A stretch of DNA of 63,965 bases, filler included, from Octopus bimaculoides (GCF_001194135.2; 5 parts of 5 records of this genome joined end to end with filler, not necessarily neighbours in it), one strand, 5' to 3'. Numbered from the whole stretch's first letter, positions 25,951 to 40,587 are shown. Notes: generated by a model from the letters alone, not told the origin. Program-made: numbers and translations.

Positions 25951-26034
25951 CGGTCCGGCGTCCCCCGTTCAGAAGTGAATACATACGGGTTCTATTATGA
26001 CGCTATGACTCATGAAGGACCTATCGATCCCTTA

Positions 26035-26072
<38 letters not shown>

Positions 26073-26519
26073 AACCCCCTACTCTGGCCGTTGTGATCGG
26101 TCTAAAGCATCAGATTCACAAACATGAGTTCGAATTCCAAACCGGATTGTGTGTTATGTTCTTGGGCAAGTGTCTTCTACTATANNNNNNNNNNNNNNNN
26201 NNNNNNNNNNNNNNNNNNNNNNNNNNNNNNNNNNNNNNNNNNNNNNNNNNNNNNNNNNNNNNNNNNNNNNNNNNNNNNNNNNNNNNNNNNNNNNNNNNNN
26301 NNNNNNNNNNNNNNNNNNNNNNNNNNNNNNNNNNNNNNNNNNNNNNNNNNNNNNNNNNNNNNNNNNNNNNNNNNNNNNNNNNNNNNNNNNNNNNNNNNNN
26401 NNNNNNNNNNNNNNNNNNNNNNNNNNNNNNNNNNNNNNNNNNNNNNNNNNNNNNNNNNNNNNNNNNNNNNNNNNNNNNNNNNNNNNNNNNNNNNNNNNNN
26501 NNNNNNNNNNNNNNNNNNN

Positions 26520-26550
<31 letters not shown>

Positions 26551-27001
26551 TTGTTTAAAAGAGTTCCAACACTGTCTGTTTTTTATGTTTTATTTATATT
26601 CCTGCAGAACCAATGTGGGGTATAGAATATGGAATATATAATATAATATACAATATATAATATAAAATAAAATAAAATAAAAATGGATGGCACCATGAAA
26701 GAAAGTATTGAATGTAGATGAAATATTGAGTGTTCAATATAAAGGATCAAATATATAAATATAAATATATAAAGGTGACTCGAGTTTCAGGGCTATTTCC
26801 CTTCGTCATGGCCGGTATGACAGACTTTAATATGTATATATATGTTTGTGTGTGTGTAATGTATGTATGTATGAATCATACGCATGTACGGGCGTTTGGA
26901 GTTTCCTTTCACTCTCTTCAGGGGCCATGTTTAATATAGATATGACTCTTGGTAAGGTAAAGAAAACTCGAAACTTTTGTACTGGTGCAAGGTCTATATT
27001 C

Positions 27002-27037
<36 letters not shown>

Positions 27038-27160
27038 GTGTTTGCTTGCTTGCGTACGTGTGTGTGTAACGTGTACCACATGCACTCGCAATGCTATGGG
27101 AGAAGCCACCTGCGGAATGCGCCGCACAGTGGGATCGACACTCGCGCACGCACACACACA

Positions 27161-27199
<39 letters not shown>

Positions 27200-27658
27200 T
27201 CACTCACACAAACACTTTCACAAGTAGACATCTATTATAATACAACAAACTAAAATACCAGGATATGAAATCTTTTCCAGCTTACTTTTCTTCAAGTTTT
27301 ACCTTCCGTATTTTACACACACACACGCATCCAACCATTCATATTCACACACACACTCACACACACATACATACTTACATTCACACACACACGCACATAC
27401 ATACACGCACACAGTGCCTAATGCAAGTCTACAGTCGTACACACCCAATTCTCTTTAAACACAAACTCATCTTGGTGCGTACACACTTTCTCTCTTTCAC
27501 TATTTCTTTTTATCCCTCTCTCTCTCTCTCTCTCTATCTTACTATACTATGTTACTCTCTTTTCCTTCTCTCTCTTCTGTCTACATATCCTGTATCATTC
27601 TTCCACTCCCCTGTCTTTCTTAACTATCTTTTCTCTCTTTCTAGTACGTTTCTCTTTG

Positions 27659-27700
<42 letters not shown>

Positions 27701-28270
27701 CTCTCTCATATACACACACGTATATATATATATGTGTGTGTGTGTGTTCCATATCAATCCTCCGCTTTCTCTGTTTCTCTCTTTTCCTCTCTTTCTCAGC
27801 TATTATAGTCTCTCTCTCTCTCTCTCTGATGTCTATATTGCCCATGTCATTCCAAACCTCCTCTCTCTCTCTCTCTCTCTCTCNNNNNNNNNNNNNNNNN
27901 NNNNNNNNNNNNNNNNNNNNNNNNNNNNNNNNNNNNNNNNNNNNNNNNNNNNNNNNNNNNNNNNNNNNNNNNNNNNNNNNNNNNNNNNNNNNNNNNNNNN
28001 NNNNNNNNNNNNNNNNNNNNNNNNNNNNNNNNNNNNNNNNNNNNNNNNNNNNNNNNNNNNNNNNNNNNNNNNNNNNNNNNNNNNNNNNNNNNNNNNNNNN
28101 NNNNNNNNNNNNNNNNNNNNNNNNNNNNNCACGACGACTACAAACCCCCCCCCTTGCACCCATGCTGTCCACCGCGTCTCCTCGGGACCACTTCCTACAC
28201 ATCCACATGCAGATTCGTGTGTGTGTACGGCTGTGTGTATAAATATATGTATATGTATGTATAGGTAAGT

Positions 28271-28450
28271 GGAGTCGCTTGGCTTAGTGGTTCAGGTGTT
28301 GGATTCGTGATCGTAAGGTCTTGGTTTCGATTCCTCCTGGATTGAACGATGCGTTTTGCTTTTGAAGCAAAACACTTCATTTCACGTTGCTTCAATTCAC
28401 TCAGCTGGCAAAAACAGAGTTTTCTTGCGAGGGACCGGTGTCTCATCCAG
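28271..28450 (+). mobile_element. tRNA-headed SINE (family C-related)
   Basis: TGGCTTAGTGG...GGTTTCGATTCC...AAAACACTTCATTTCACGTTGCTTCAATTCACTCAGCTGGC. Confidence 0.75.
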
Positions 28451-30130
28451 GCGGAATATATACTCCACAGAATCCGGAAAACCGACCCTTACGATCTGAT
28501 AACTCGGGAAGGATCTTTGACCCCTTCATATATGTATGTAGGTTGTATAGCTTAACAGGTTTGCTTCGTAACTACCTAGCTTCAGGTTCGATCTTACTGC
28601 GAATCACATTTGACATATACATTCTCCCCATAACTACCGATCAACCGAAACCTTTGTAGTGGTAGAGACTAATTGTTTTATTATCATGTAGGCATGAACA
28701 TGTAGCGTCTCCTGGTTTATCATCGCTGCCACATAATCTTTAGTTTATGTATACACGTGAGGGCATGGACATGCACTAAATAATTCGTACTTTATTTTGT
28801 GATGGAAGAGCAGAATGAGACAATTAAAAGAGTAAAAGACGACTACTACTACTACTACTACTACTCTTTCTCTCTGAGTGTTTGGGCGCGCGTGCGTGTG
28901 TACATATATAATATAGAACGTTTTTTTTCGGGAACGCTGAGATTATAATATAGGCTTTTTTTTTTTTAATAATCGTATTATTTAAACCTCACTCTGTGAA
29001 ATAATCAAAACGATAACACCTCTGTCTTACTCCTGTCTTACTCCTGTCTTACTCCTTTATCTGTCCGTGTGCAGGACAAACAAGATCGATCTGACCAGTT
29101 TGTAGCATCGTTTGACCACTTATGAAAAAAAGGATACCCGCCTTTTCTATCCACGGGGAGATTACTAGCGTCTAGTTATTAAACTCGGCCTCCGCGAAAC
29201 TGTCCTGTCCAATTTGCATAACAGTGCATGTACCGAAAACATGGATTAATCCAATTAGTTGATTCAATTAGTTAATTAAAAAAAATTAATTAATTTTATT
29301 AATTTTCATTCTGCCAGATAAAACATGTGGCGTAAACGACTTCGTTACTTTTTACAAGCAAGATTAAAATTGTGATGACTTAAAAAAATTATAAGCTTAT
29401 ATTGTTGTTTTTGAGGATGTTTCATATGGTGCATGTCTTTGTGTGTATCTGTATGTAATGGTACGTATGTGTGTTAGCGTTGGATGTGTAATTATCAGTG
29501 TGTGTTAGTGCATGTGCTTGTGTATGTAAATGTTGGTGTAGCTGTGTTTCGTGAAGAATAATTATGATAACAATAGCGGGAGAAAACAATTTTATTAATA
29601 GAGTAATGTTCGATGATGTTTTCCATCAACTTAATGAAGTGGGTCGGGTCGTTTTGTGCTGAAACATAGATCTGTGTGTGTGTGTGTGTGTGTGTGTGTT
29701 GCGTACAGGTTTAGGATTAAATAGTTGCAGATGATTTGATTGGTTGAAAAGCTTGTTCAAAAACGCTACTCTGTTGATGTCACTCTGTATCTGGGTTTGT
29801 TTCTGAATATGCGCTCTACAACTGGGAGGAAGTCCAGTCAGCCCGTAGATGGAACAGGGACAACTGAAGAAAGGAGATATAATTTATGTTGCATGTCTCG
29901 TTTCTCTGTTTGTTTTTCTTTCGTTGTTCGAAAAAAAAGTTCATTTTCTGTCCTCGTCTTTATGTTTTCGTTTCTCATTGTGTTTAACGCTTTTTGTGAT
30001 GTCCTGTACCCATATATGCATGTATGTATACATATAGATGTAGGTATGTACTTGTATGTATGGATATATGCATATAATTATATATTATTTATGTTATTAT
30101 ATATATATATACATATCACTTGTTTCATTA

Positions 30131-30386
30131 TTTGAAATCGACCCCAGGACTTATTTTTAAAGCCTTGAACTTATCCAACGTTACGGGGACGTAAATACAC
30201 CAACACCGACAGTCAAGCGGTGATGGGTGTACAAATACAGACACACACATACATATACACATATAAAATATACGACAGGTTTCTTTCAGTTTCGGTCGGC
30301 CCGAGGCTATAGTAGATGACACTTGCCCAAGGGACTGAACCCGGAACCATGTGGTTGGGAAGCAAGCTTCTTACCACACAGCTACG
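30131..30386 (-). mobile_element. SINE family A with internal deletions
   Basis: Head GCGTAGCTGTGTGGTAAGAAGCTTGCTTCCCAACCACATGGTTCCGGGTTCAGTCCC on the minus strand. Confidence 0.88.
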
Positions 30387-30781
30387 CTATGAATGAGTGA
30401 ATATACTTTTGCTAGTTTTCAAAAGAAAAGGTGTCTCGACACCACCACCACCACTCACCTCTACTACTCCCTGGCCCACGGTCATTGAGGGGATGTAAAG
30501 TAGGTAGATAAGCTATGTGTAATTGCTTCGACACACCTATTATAGCAATTACTCGCCTGTCCAGCCCTGACCATTTCTCACCTGTTGTTGTCTTTACTCT
30601 GGCAGGCGTATATTTTCAAAATATCTTTGAAACACACTATGTATGTATGTACATGTGTGTATATGTATATACATATGTGTGTGTGTGTATAGAAATGTGT
30701 GTGCGTATGAATTATACTATGTATAGAAAATGATAATACCTAGATATATTTTTTTTATCTACCTGATGTGTAAACTTAATT

Positions 30782-30817
<36 letters not shown>

Positions 30818-31409
30818 ATATGGAGACCTTCTGTCCCGTTCTCTGAGATGAAGCTACCAAACAGGTCAAATACTATCCCCGACCCTTCCAACGGCTATCA
30901 TCAGCACCTCCACTGTCGCCACCTACTTTACCACCAACACCATAGAAAAGAGAGGGAGAGAGAGAGAGGTTAGAAATTAAATGGCTTTTCCTCACTTCTC
31001 CCTTTTTCCACTTCTTTATATATATATATATATATACATATGTATATATATGTATATAATCTCTTTACTGCGACCTCGTACGTGCCCTACTGTCTGTCTT
31101 ATCCTCTCTCTCTCTCTGCGCCCATCCTCACCGCCCCTACCTTTCAAGCTACGTAGCATAACGAGGTAGCAAGGGGAGGGTTATTAACCTACGTTTTAAA
31201 TGTTTGACCTCTCTTTTCCACCTTCTACCTCCCCACATCTCTCTCTCTCTCTCTCTTTCACCTTCTTCGTCTCTCTCTTTCTCCCCACCTCTCTCTCTTT
31301 CTTTCTCTCTGTCTCTCTCTCTCTCTTGCTCCAAGTAACAAGTTAGTTTAGTTTGAAGTTAATAGCGGGGAGGAAAACCATCGCTACTCTAGTGTTGCGT
31401 TCTCGTCAG

Positions 31410-31450
<41 letters not shown>

Positions 31451-31750
31451 GCGTGCGCAGGGGGCACGGACTCATAGTAATACAAAATAGAAGAGAAAGA
31501 GAGAACTGAGATGTGACAATGAGAGGGGAAGTAGGAGGCTGTGAATGAGACCAGTGAATGAAAGTGGGGAGATGGGTGTGAGGTGTCGTTAAGTGTGTGT
31601 GAAGTGTTAACAAATAAATAGTTCCGAGATACGTACCTATACATCTCTCTCTTTCTCACTCTCTCTCTCTCTATATATATATGTATATATATATGGAAAC
31701 TAGTTGAAAACTATTGGTCTACTTCATTATTTCCAGTGCAAGAATACGTA

Positions 31751-32405
31751 GGATCTATTTCAAAACGGGGGCACCAGTATTTTCTTAACGAAACACTAAC
31801 GAAACACTTTGAAACTTGGGACACTGGTAGAATGTGTCATATAAAACATCTTTTACTCTTAGTCTTCTTAACAAAAAAATGTACATCGCAAGTTATTCCA
31901 TGTTAAAGTTGTCGTATTTCTGTAATTTCAACCAATCACTGACGTCTATTCAGCTGAATAGAGTTACTGCTGGGCGGTCATAAAAATGTTATTCCCTGTG
32001 ACATATTTCATCCGGTTTAATCGTAATTTATACGCATATATTGTTTATATAATAAATTACGCTGTGCGTATCTGTGTGTGTAACAATTTTAGAGTTCGGA
32101 TTCTAGAGTTAGGGTTAGTTTTAGGGTTACGGTTACGGTTAACAGTCTAGTTAGGGTTAGGGTTAGGGGATTAATACGATATACACCGTTACAGCGCTAA
32201 CTGTTTTCAACTGAATAGACGTCAGTGATTAGTAGAAATTATCGAAATAAGACAATATTTTACATGAAATAAATTCGAATACAAAAATTTTTTTCTGTTC
32301 TATAACACAAAATAGATAAGTATACAAAGTTTGAAAGTCTTTCCGTACCAAAAACACTACGTCAAACATAAATGAAAACTGGTGCCCCCGTTTTGAAATA
32401 GATCC
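31751..32405. mobile_element. 655-bp non-autonomous DNA transposon with perfect 28-bp TIRs, internal inverted repeats and TTAGGG-like repeats
   Basis: GGATCTATTTCAAAACGGGGGCACCAGT / ACTGGTGCCCCCGTTTTGAAATAGATCC; inner IR ~31905-31958 / ~32207-32260; superfamily unresolved. Confidence 0.9.
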
Positions 32406-33607
32406 AAAGACTGACTGATTCAACTAATATATAGGGGATTTAGGCCCGTTGTTGCTAGACTTTGGTGCCTGGGTGTGCTTCAGAATATTCTTGGTGGGGA
32501 CTAATTTGTAATAATGCTAAAGTGGAGTTCCGAAATAGCTGTATCATTGGATAATGAGGCGGAGAAGTGCCGTCAAGTGCATTCCGTTAGGGACGGAGCA
32601 TGATGAGAACTGTGAAGTAGAGTATAGCCAATTGCTACACACCCACGATACCAAAGCTACTACACTACACTAGTACCACTAAAGCTACTACCACAACGCT
32701 AATACAAGAGTACAAAAATAGCATTAACAGCACCACTAACACCTCTATCAACGGTATTATAACACCGCCACCACCTCAGTACCACCACCATTATCACTTA
32801 GCTGAGTGAAAGGGTGATTTAAGCAAATACTACTGCTGCTGCTGCTGCTACCATTTCTGTAATGAGAAGGTCAGTGGCTTTGGGAAATTGACAGCTGGAC
32901 AGATATGCGTGTTTGTATGTGTGAGCCGTAGGACACCCCCACCCCGCCCACTTATCGTCACACCGTTTGGGAGGTCAAACATATATATGTAGAGGTTATT
33001 TCTTTATCGTTTTTTTTTTCTGTCTTTTTTACCCTTTTTTTTTCTCCCCCCATTTTAGTTCAGCTGTCGTTCGTATTTAGTGCTGACAGCGATAGATAGA
33101 TACAGATAGACAAAGATTATAGACAGATAGAAAGTCAGGTATATAGGTAGACGGGCGGACAAACGGACAGATAGGTAGGTAATNNNNNNNNNNNNNNNNN
33201 NNNNNNNNNNNNNNNNNNNNNNNNNNNNNNNNNNNNNNNNNNNNNNNNNNNNNNNNNNNNNNNNNNNNNNNNNNNNNNNNNNNNNNNNNNNNNNNNNNNN
33301 NNNNNNNNNNNNNNNNNNNNNNNNNNNNNNNNNNNNNNNNNNNNNNNNNNNNNNNNNNNNNNNNNNNNNNNNNNNNNNNNNNNNNNNNNNNNNNNNNNNN
33401 NNNNNNNNNNNNNNNNNNNNNNNNNNNNNNNNNNNNNNNNNNNNNNNGCCGTATTTGATGGCTTACAACAACGCTCCGCAACCCTTCTTCATTTGCGGTA
33501 TACTTATATTCTTTTCAAAATTCGGCGGCACACTTAACATCGTCTCGTGGCACACCAGTGTGCTGAGGCATAGTGGGTGCGGAGTAGTGACACTTATAAG
33601 ACACACT

Positions 33608-33912
33608 TTGGATTTGGTAGACGGAAACTGAAAGCCCGTCGTATATATGCATATATATATATATGTGTATATATATATATATGTGTATGTGTGTGTGTGT
33701 GTGTGTGTGTCCCTCACCAGCACTTGTCAACCGGTGCTGGTGTGTTTACGTCCCCGTATCCTAGCGGTTCGGCAAAAGAAACCGAAAGAATAAGTACCAG
33801 GCTTATAAAAAGTAAGTACTGGGAGTCGATACATTCACCTGAAAATTCTTCAAGACGGTGCTCCAGCATGGCCGCAATCCAATGACTGAAAACAAGTATA
33901 ACAGATAAAAAG
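33608..33912 (+). mobile_element. SINE family A, 5'-truncated
   Basis: GGATTTGGTAGACGGAAACTGAAAGCCCGTCG-(TA/GT)n-...GGTGCTCCAGCATGGCCGCAATCCAATGACTGAAA. Confidence 0.88.
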
Positions 33913-35292
33913 ATATATTTTGAATACGTTCGTCTATTGTGACGTTCTACGTGAAAACGATTGTGTGTATGTGTGTGTATATATAATGTAAGAATTGGGT
34001 TCCAAGAAGCATGTGAAAACAACAGTACGCACTCTGGCCAAAGACCCTACTTTCAGGTCAAGAAGGTAATTAAATTCCACCGTAATTTAAAAGGACTATG
34101 CAGCTAAAAATCGGGGGTATACAAAGAGTATTTTCATTGTGGAGTTTACATAAATAAGCGAATTAAACAAAGAGAGGTAAGGAGCAAAAAGAGTTTTAAT
34201 ACATCCGTTGAGGTTACAGCTGTTTCGTAATATACTCAGAATTACATCACCAGCTTCGATGCAGATACACACGCAAGCAAGCAAATAAACATCTATATAC
34301 ATACATACGATGCTTGCACATGAATATACATACATGCATGTACGCATACGTACAAACATACATAATATATATCCATGTAATCAGAATTATCTGGGGATGT
34401 ATATTTAGTTGATAATTATATAATAGATGTACCCATGGGCATATGGCTTACTTATTTCTATATAAGAAGTCATTCTCAAAGTTTTGTCCTGAAGTGAATA
34501 GCATGTGTACGTATACCTTTAGATATATGGACGTGTGTGTGTGTGTGNNNNNNNNNNNNNNNNNNNNNNNNNNNNNNNNNNNNNNNNNNNNNNNNNNNNN
34601 NNNNNNNNNNNNNNNNNNNNNNNNNNNNNNNNNNNNNNNNNNNNNNNNNNNNNNNNNNNNNNNNNNNNNNNNNNNNNNNNNNNNNNNNNNNNNNNNNNNN
34701 NNNNNNNNNNNNNNNNNNNNNNNNNNNNNNNNNNNNNNNNNNNNNNNNNNNNNNNNNNNNNNNNNNNNNNNNNNNNNNNNNNNNNNNNNNNNNNNNNNNN
34801 NNNNNNNNNNNNNNNNNNNNNNNNNNNNNNNNNNNNNNNNNNNNNNNNNNNNNNNNNNNNNNNNNNNNNNNNNNNNNNNNNNNNNNNNNNNNNNNNNNNN
34901 NNNNNNNNNNNNNNNNNNNNNNNNNNNNNNNNNNNNNNNNNNNNNNNNNNNNNNNNNNNNNNNNNNNNNNNNNNNNNNNNNNNNNNNNNNNNNNNNNNNN
35001 NNNNNNNNNNNNNNNNNNNNNNNNNNNNNNNNNNNNNNNNNNNNNNNNNNNNNNNNNNNNNNNNNNNNNNNNNNNNNNNNNNNNNNNNNNNNNNNNNNNN
35101 NNNNNNNNNNNNNNNNNNNNNNNNNNNNNNNNNNNNNNNNNNNNNNNNNNNNNNNNNNNNNNNNNNNNNNNNNNNNNNNNNNNNNNNNNNNNNNNNNNNN
35201 NNNNNNNNNNNNNNNNNNNNNNNNNNNNNNNNNNNNNNNNNNNNNNNNNNNNNNNNNNNNNNNNNNNNNNNNNNNNNNNNNNNNNNNNNNNN

Positions 35293-35341
<49 letters not shown>

Positions 35342-35554
35342 ATGTATGTATATTAGCCAGCGAGGGGCCCTCTACTTGAGATCTCTAAACGCTTGGAAAT
35401 ATCCACCAAATTTCTCCTATTTCCCACTCCATTATCTGAAAAAAGGAAGGACACATAGACATTGATTAAGCACTGAACAAACTCAAAATGTCTTGGACTC
35501 GTTATGACTAACTTAAATAAAACTTAGATGGTCTTAGAAGATCGGAGTGAAGTT

Positions 35555-35612
<58 letters not shown>

Positions 35613-35626
35613 GACGCACACACACG

Positions 35627-35657
<31 letters not shown>

Positions 35658-36242
35658 TCAAACCGCTCTGAGGAAGCTATTAAATGTCGCACTGGCACTC
35701 AGCTGTAGTTAGTTACATATTTGCTTGTAGCAGAAACAGCTGTAAGCCAATGAAAGTGATTATCTGTGTCCTCTTCCTCCGTCCTTCATTTGTAAATTAC
35801 CATTACTCTCTATCTCTCTCTGTCTGTCTCTCTGTCTCTCTGTCTCTCTCTCTCTCTCTCTCTGTCTATTTCTCTCTCTCTCTCTCTCTCTGTCTATTTC
35901 TCTCTCTCTCTCTCTCTNNNNNNNNNNNNNNNNNNNNNNNNNNNNNNNNNNNNNNNNNNNNTTAATTAATTAANNNNNNNNNNNNNNNNNNNNNNNNNNN
36001 NNNNNNNNNNNNNNNNNGGTGGTGGTGGTGGTGGTGGTAGGGATTGTTGCTAATGATGATGTTGGAAATTTTTCAGTGTAGTGTGATGTTGATGTTGTTG
36101 ATGTTGTTGTTGCTGGTGATGATGGTTGTTGTTGTTGTTGTTGTTGTCGCCATCGCCAGCCATCATGGTAGGAGTAGTGGTGTCCAACCAGCAGGGGGGA
36201 AGAAGAGTAAGAAGGAAAGAGACAGACAGACAGACAGACAGG

Positions 36243-36276
<34 letters not shown>

Positions 36277-38204
36277 AATCTAGCAGAAAAGAGTTCAGCA
36301 TTTTGTGAAAAAGCTGTCACACTTCATAAAAGTGCACGTGCACACACACACACACACACACACACATTCACATACAGTAACCTATACAGTCACACACACA
36401 CACTCACATACAGAAACAATGTGAATAAATACGCATTACGTTTGACAAAATAATCTGAATGCTGAAGGGCTAAAAATAGATATAAAATGGAAGATATTTT
36501 CAATAAAATAGTCCTAGATGCACTATACCTGATAACAAATGAATAAAATATAAAAGAAATACCAGTTTGGTGTTTGATCATACATCTGCAGAGAACCTCT
36601 AGGTACACTAAAAGAGGGGCATTAGATACACTATGGTTAGGAGTTGTTTAAGGTAGGGGTGGTAGCAAAATGGTCACAACTAGAAAATATTTGATTAGGT
36701 TTCTGCTCAACAGGGGGAAAACTTTGGGGGTTAAATAACCTATACACAATCTGATATATGCATCACTGACTTAGGAGCTTTTTCAAGTTCAACAATTTTA
36801 TTTAGTTATTTATTTATCGTTTTTTATTATTTTGATTTTCTCTATCAATTACTCCCAACCTCCATTCTCTCATGCCATAGCTTCCACAACTATTGCAACC
36901 CCCTCTTCCTCCTGCCATTCCTGTTAAGCCATTCCTCTCACAGAAACAAACCAAACCAAACCAAACCTGACATATGCATCAGTGAACAAACACACCAAAC
37001 ACACTTGTGTTATTTGTAATTTAAGATAGATATCTCTATACCTCTACTGCCAGTTCAGTTCTGATTACTAATCAAACAGCTCTTCTTTTGGCTAATCAAC
37101 TGCTTGATCACAGACCAGTCTTTTTTGTTTGTTTGCTTTTTTTTTTCGTTTTGATTTTTTTTTTGTTTAAGGCCCACATTTAATCAGAGAGTAAGCAATT
37201 AAATTGGTTTCAAATAATTTTATAATCAATACTCCAGAGTATTTTATTCATATACACACATACAGGTGTCTGTGTATATCTGTGAATGTATGTGTGTATC
37301 AGTGTGGATGTGTGTGTGTGTGTGCAGGTGTTAGTACTAATGATTGGTTGTTAGCATATGCACTTGTATGTGTATGTGTATGTATGTATGTATGTATGTA
37401 TGTATGTATGTATGGGTGTTAAGATGTGCCTCTGTGTGCAGAAGAAACAGAAAAGGTTTGTGTGTACATGTTTGAAGGTATGCAGTTATCGGGTTTAATA
37501 AAAATTGAAAAAAATTGAAAGAAAAAAAAACAGAAAAAGAAAAAATTTCTTTATAGAAAATAAAATTTAAGAAAACGAAAAGACCCACAAAAAAAACAAC
37601 AAAAAAGAACCAAAATAAACTGAAAAACCAATTTTAAGATTCAAAGACAGGCATATGAGGGTGGGGAGTGAGGTTCTGTTTCTAGCAACAGGTCAACAAA
37701 CATTGAGAATATTATATTGATGGATTGACTTGGAGATGCATAACAACAACTGACTGACTGAGTGGCTGACTGAGGGAGAGTCAGGAGTTCAAATCTGATG
37801 AGAAGCAAGCTTTTGTTATATATGAGAAGAGAGAGAGGAAGAAAAAAAAAAAAGGTTGGTGGGGAGAGAGTAAAAAAAAAAAATAGAAAGTAAACAAAAA
37901 TATATTTTTGAAGAAATTGTTAAACGTGAGAGAAATAAGAAAGCAGAGAAGAGAATATTAGAATTAATAATTAATTAATAAGATTTACAATATTTAGATA
38001 TATCTTTGCTAGATTCATCAGAATCAAATCTTTAATTAGCATAATGGGTTTTTCTGGGGTTTTTGTTTTGTTTTGTTATTAGTTTTGGCATTTTTTTATT
38101 TTAAAAAAACCCACTAAAAGTACAAAAACAAGAAGATAAATCACTGTTTTTGAAGTTTTCAATGAATAGCAAGATAGAGAAGGGCGAAGGGGGTGGGGGC
38201 AATA

Positions 38205-38660
38205 TTGTTTAGCCCAAGGTCAACCAGCCCTATTCAAGCAGATCTATGATCACAGTGTTCTATCAAAGACAATCCTGTTTTATTTTATATATTTTTCAGA
38301 CCTAATGTATCTCGGAATACATTATTCAACATGTCCTGCCAATTTATAGGTCAAGCAGTCAACCACATGGATGCAGCTTCATTGGATTGGTATTGTTGTT
38401 GTTGCTGCTGCTGCTGTTGTTGTTGTCGTTGTTATTTACCCTTGTATCTGCCACGATTAAACAGATCTATGATCAAAGTTGTTCCAACCATGACCATCAG
38501 TGAGGCTGAGAATGGGAAAGCTGGGGACCTCAGCCGCTATCAGCTCACTCTCTTCTCCGTGGGCTGAAAAGTAGGAGGAGAACGCCATCTCACTCAGTCC
38601 TACACCCATTTCCATTACTGATGACCATCCTGTCTTAATTTTCTCTTTCAGGCATAATAT
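38205..38660 (-). mobile_element. Two family E fragments, the second split by a hAT-type insertion
   Basis: CAGATCTATGATCA...TTCCAACCATGACCATC//CTGTCTT. Confidence 0.65.
38498..38620. mobile_element. 123-bp hAT-type MITE with a perfect 8-bp target-site duplication
   Basis: ATGACCAT at 38490-38497 and 38621-38628; the element starts CAGT and ends ACTG. Confidence 0.85.
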
Positions 38661-38671
38661 CTACAAAGTGG

Positions 38672-38950
38672 TTAGGGTTTTTGGTTCATGGTCGTGAGTT
38701 CAATTCCTGGCAGCAAGACTTTACTTCACATTGCTCCAGTCTACTCAGCTGACAAAAATGAGCTGTCCTTGTAATTCAAAGGGTCCACTTTATCACATTC
38801 TGAGTCACTCCTGAATGTCCCGGAGAACTACGTTAAGGGCACACGTGTCTGTGGAGTACTCAGCCACCTGCACATTAAATATCACAAGCAGGCTGTTCTG
38901 GTGATAGGATCAACTGGAGCCCTTGTCATCATAACTAACGGAGTACCAGA
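38672..38950 (+). mobile_element. SINE family C, CpG-decayed copy
   Basis: Colinear with 23664-23979. Confidence 0.88.
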
Positions 38951-39212
38951 GCATCTACATACATCAAAAACTATTTTATCCAATGAGCAATTTTATTTCT
39001 TTGCAATTCAAAGGAGATTTAGTCAGACAGCTATTTCTAGCATTTTTCATACTTTCTAGGAGTAAGCAAACAGGAAATAACAGTTGCCACCCAAGAACAA
39101 AAATAGTGTTAGTGTAATCATTATTGGTTAACTTAATTCTACATCATTCACAAAAAAAGAAGGCTTCTTGGATCAGTCAAAAATTCCATCAGACTACATA
39201 ATCATCATCAAC

Positions 39213-39440
39213 AGTCAACATTCAACATCCATTTTCCATGCTGGTATGGGTTGGATGGTTTGACAGGAACTGGTAAGACCAGGGGCTGCACCAGGTTCCA
39301 TAGTCTGTTTTGGCTTGGTTTCTACAGCCGGATGCCCTTCCTAACACCAACCACTCTACAGAATGTACTGGGTGCTTTTTTTGTATGACACCATCACCAT
39401 TGCTTTTTACGTGGCATCAGCACCCACATCAATGCTTTTT
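39213..39440 (-). mobile_element. SINE family D with an RTE-type 3' tail
   Basis: Reverse complement of GAGTGGTTGGTGTTAGGAAGGGCATCCGGCTGTAGAAAC...GGAAAATGGATGTTG; same tail as 46330-46376. Confidence 0.75.
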
Positions 39441-39626
39441 ACGTAGCACCTTGATTTTAGGGTCTCAATTCTGTTGTGGTAGCTGGGTCTTCTCGAGCAC
39501 AGCAATGTGCCACATATCATGGACTTCTGCCATCTCTTTCATAAGGTTCAGCATTTTGAGATTGGTTACACAAACATACTACTAAATACATTTACATTTA
39601 AACAAAGTGACAATCTCAGCAGACAC

Positions 39627-39678
<52 letters not shown>

Positions 39679-40162
39679 TATACACACATTATTGAATATA
39701 TTGGTACTGTACATATGCACACATTGTGTTTGTCTGCGTGTGTGTATTATATACATGTGTGTATATGTAAGTAGTAATCTGAAGTAGAAAACATGTACAA
39801 TAAAACAAAGTTTTAGCCAGTAATTTCTCACACACACACACATTGCTTCAGTATGGCTACACTCCAATGAGTGTGACTAGGATACAAACAAATTTTACAC
39901 AGATGCACACAAAGATGTTGCTACATAGTAACACACAGCTGTTTTATTTTATGTTTCAGTTTGCACAACAATAACAGCATCATTGGTTTCAGGTTTCCAG
40001 TGAACCAGTCACTAAGTTCACAGCATCTCTGATAGTGAAAGCGACAAGGGAGTGTTTGTAACTCAGTGCAGAACAAATATTTGAAAAGCACACTGATCAA
40101 AAAGCACCAGATTTTCAATTTTCAAGCTGATGCATACATTCTTCTCAATATACATTGCCAAA

Positions 40163-40193
<31 letters not shown>

Positions 40194-40510
40194 NNNNNNN
40201 NNNNNNNNNNNNNNNNNNNNNNNNNNNNNNNNNNNNNNNNNNNNNNNNNNNNNNNNNNNNNNNNNNNNNNNNNNNNNNNNNNNNNNNNNNNNNNNNNNNN
40301 NNNNNNNNNNNNNNNNNTAATGGGGAAAGGAAAAATAGAAGTGTAGACATTACTTTATTCTAAGTTGATACATATATCCAATAAAAACTCTACAAATAGT
40401 TTCCAAGCCTAATTAATTCAAAACAAAATGAAATATCCTTTTGAAATCACAAATTAGGCTTTTCCTGAAGAATGTTTAACACCCCTTGAAGGATTTTGGG
40501 ATTTACTACT

Positions 40511-40587
<77 letters not shown>

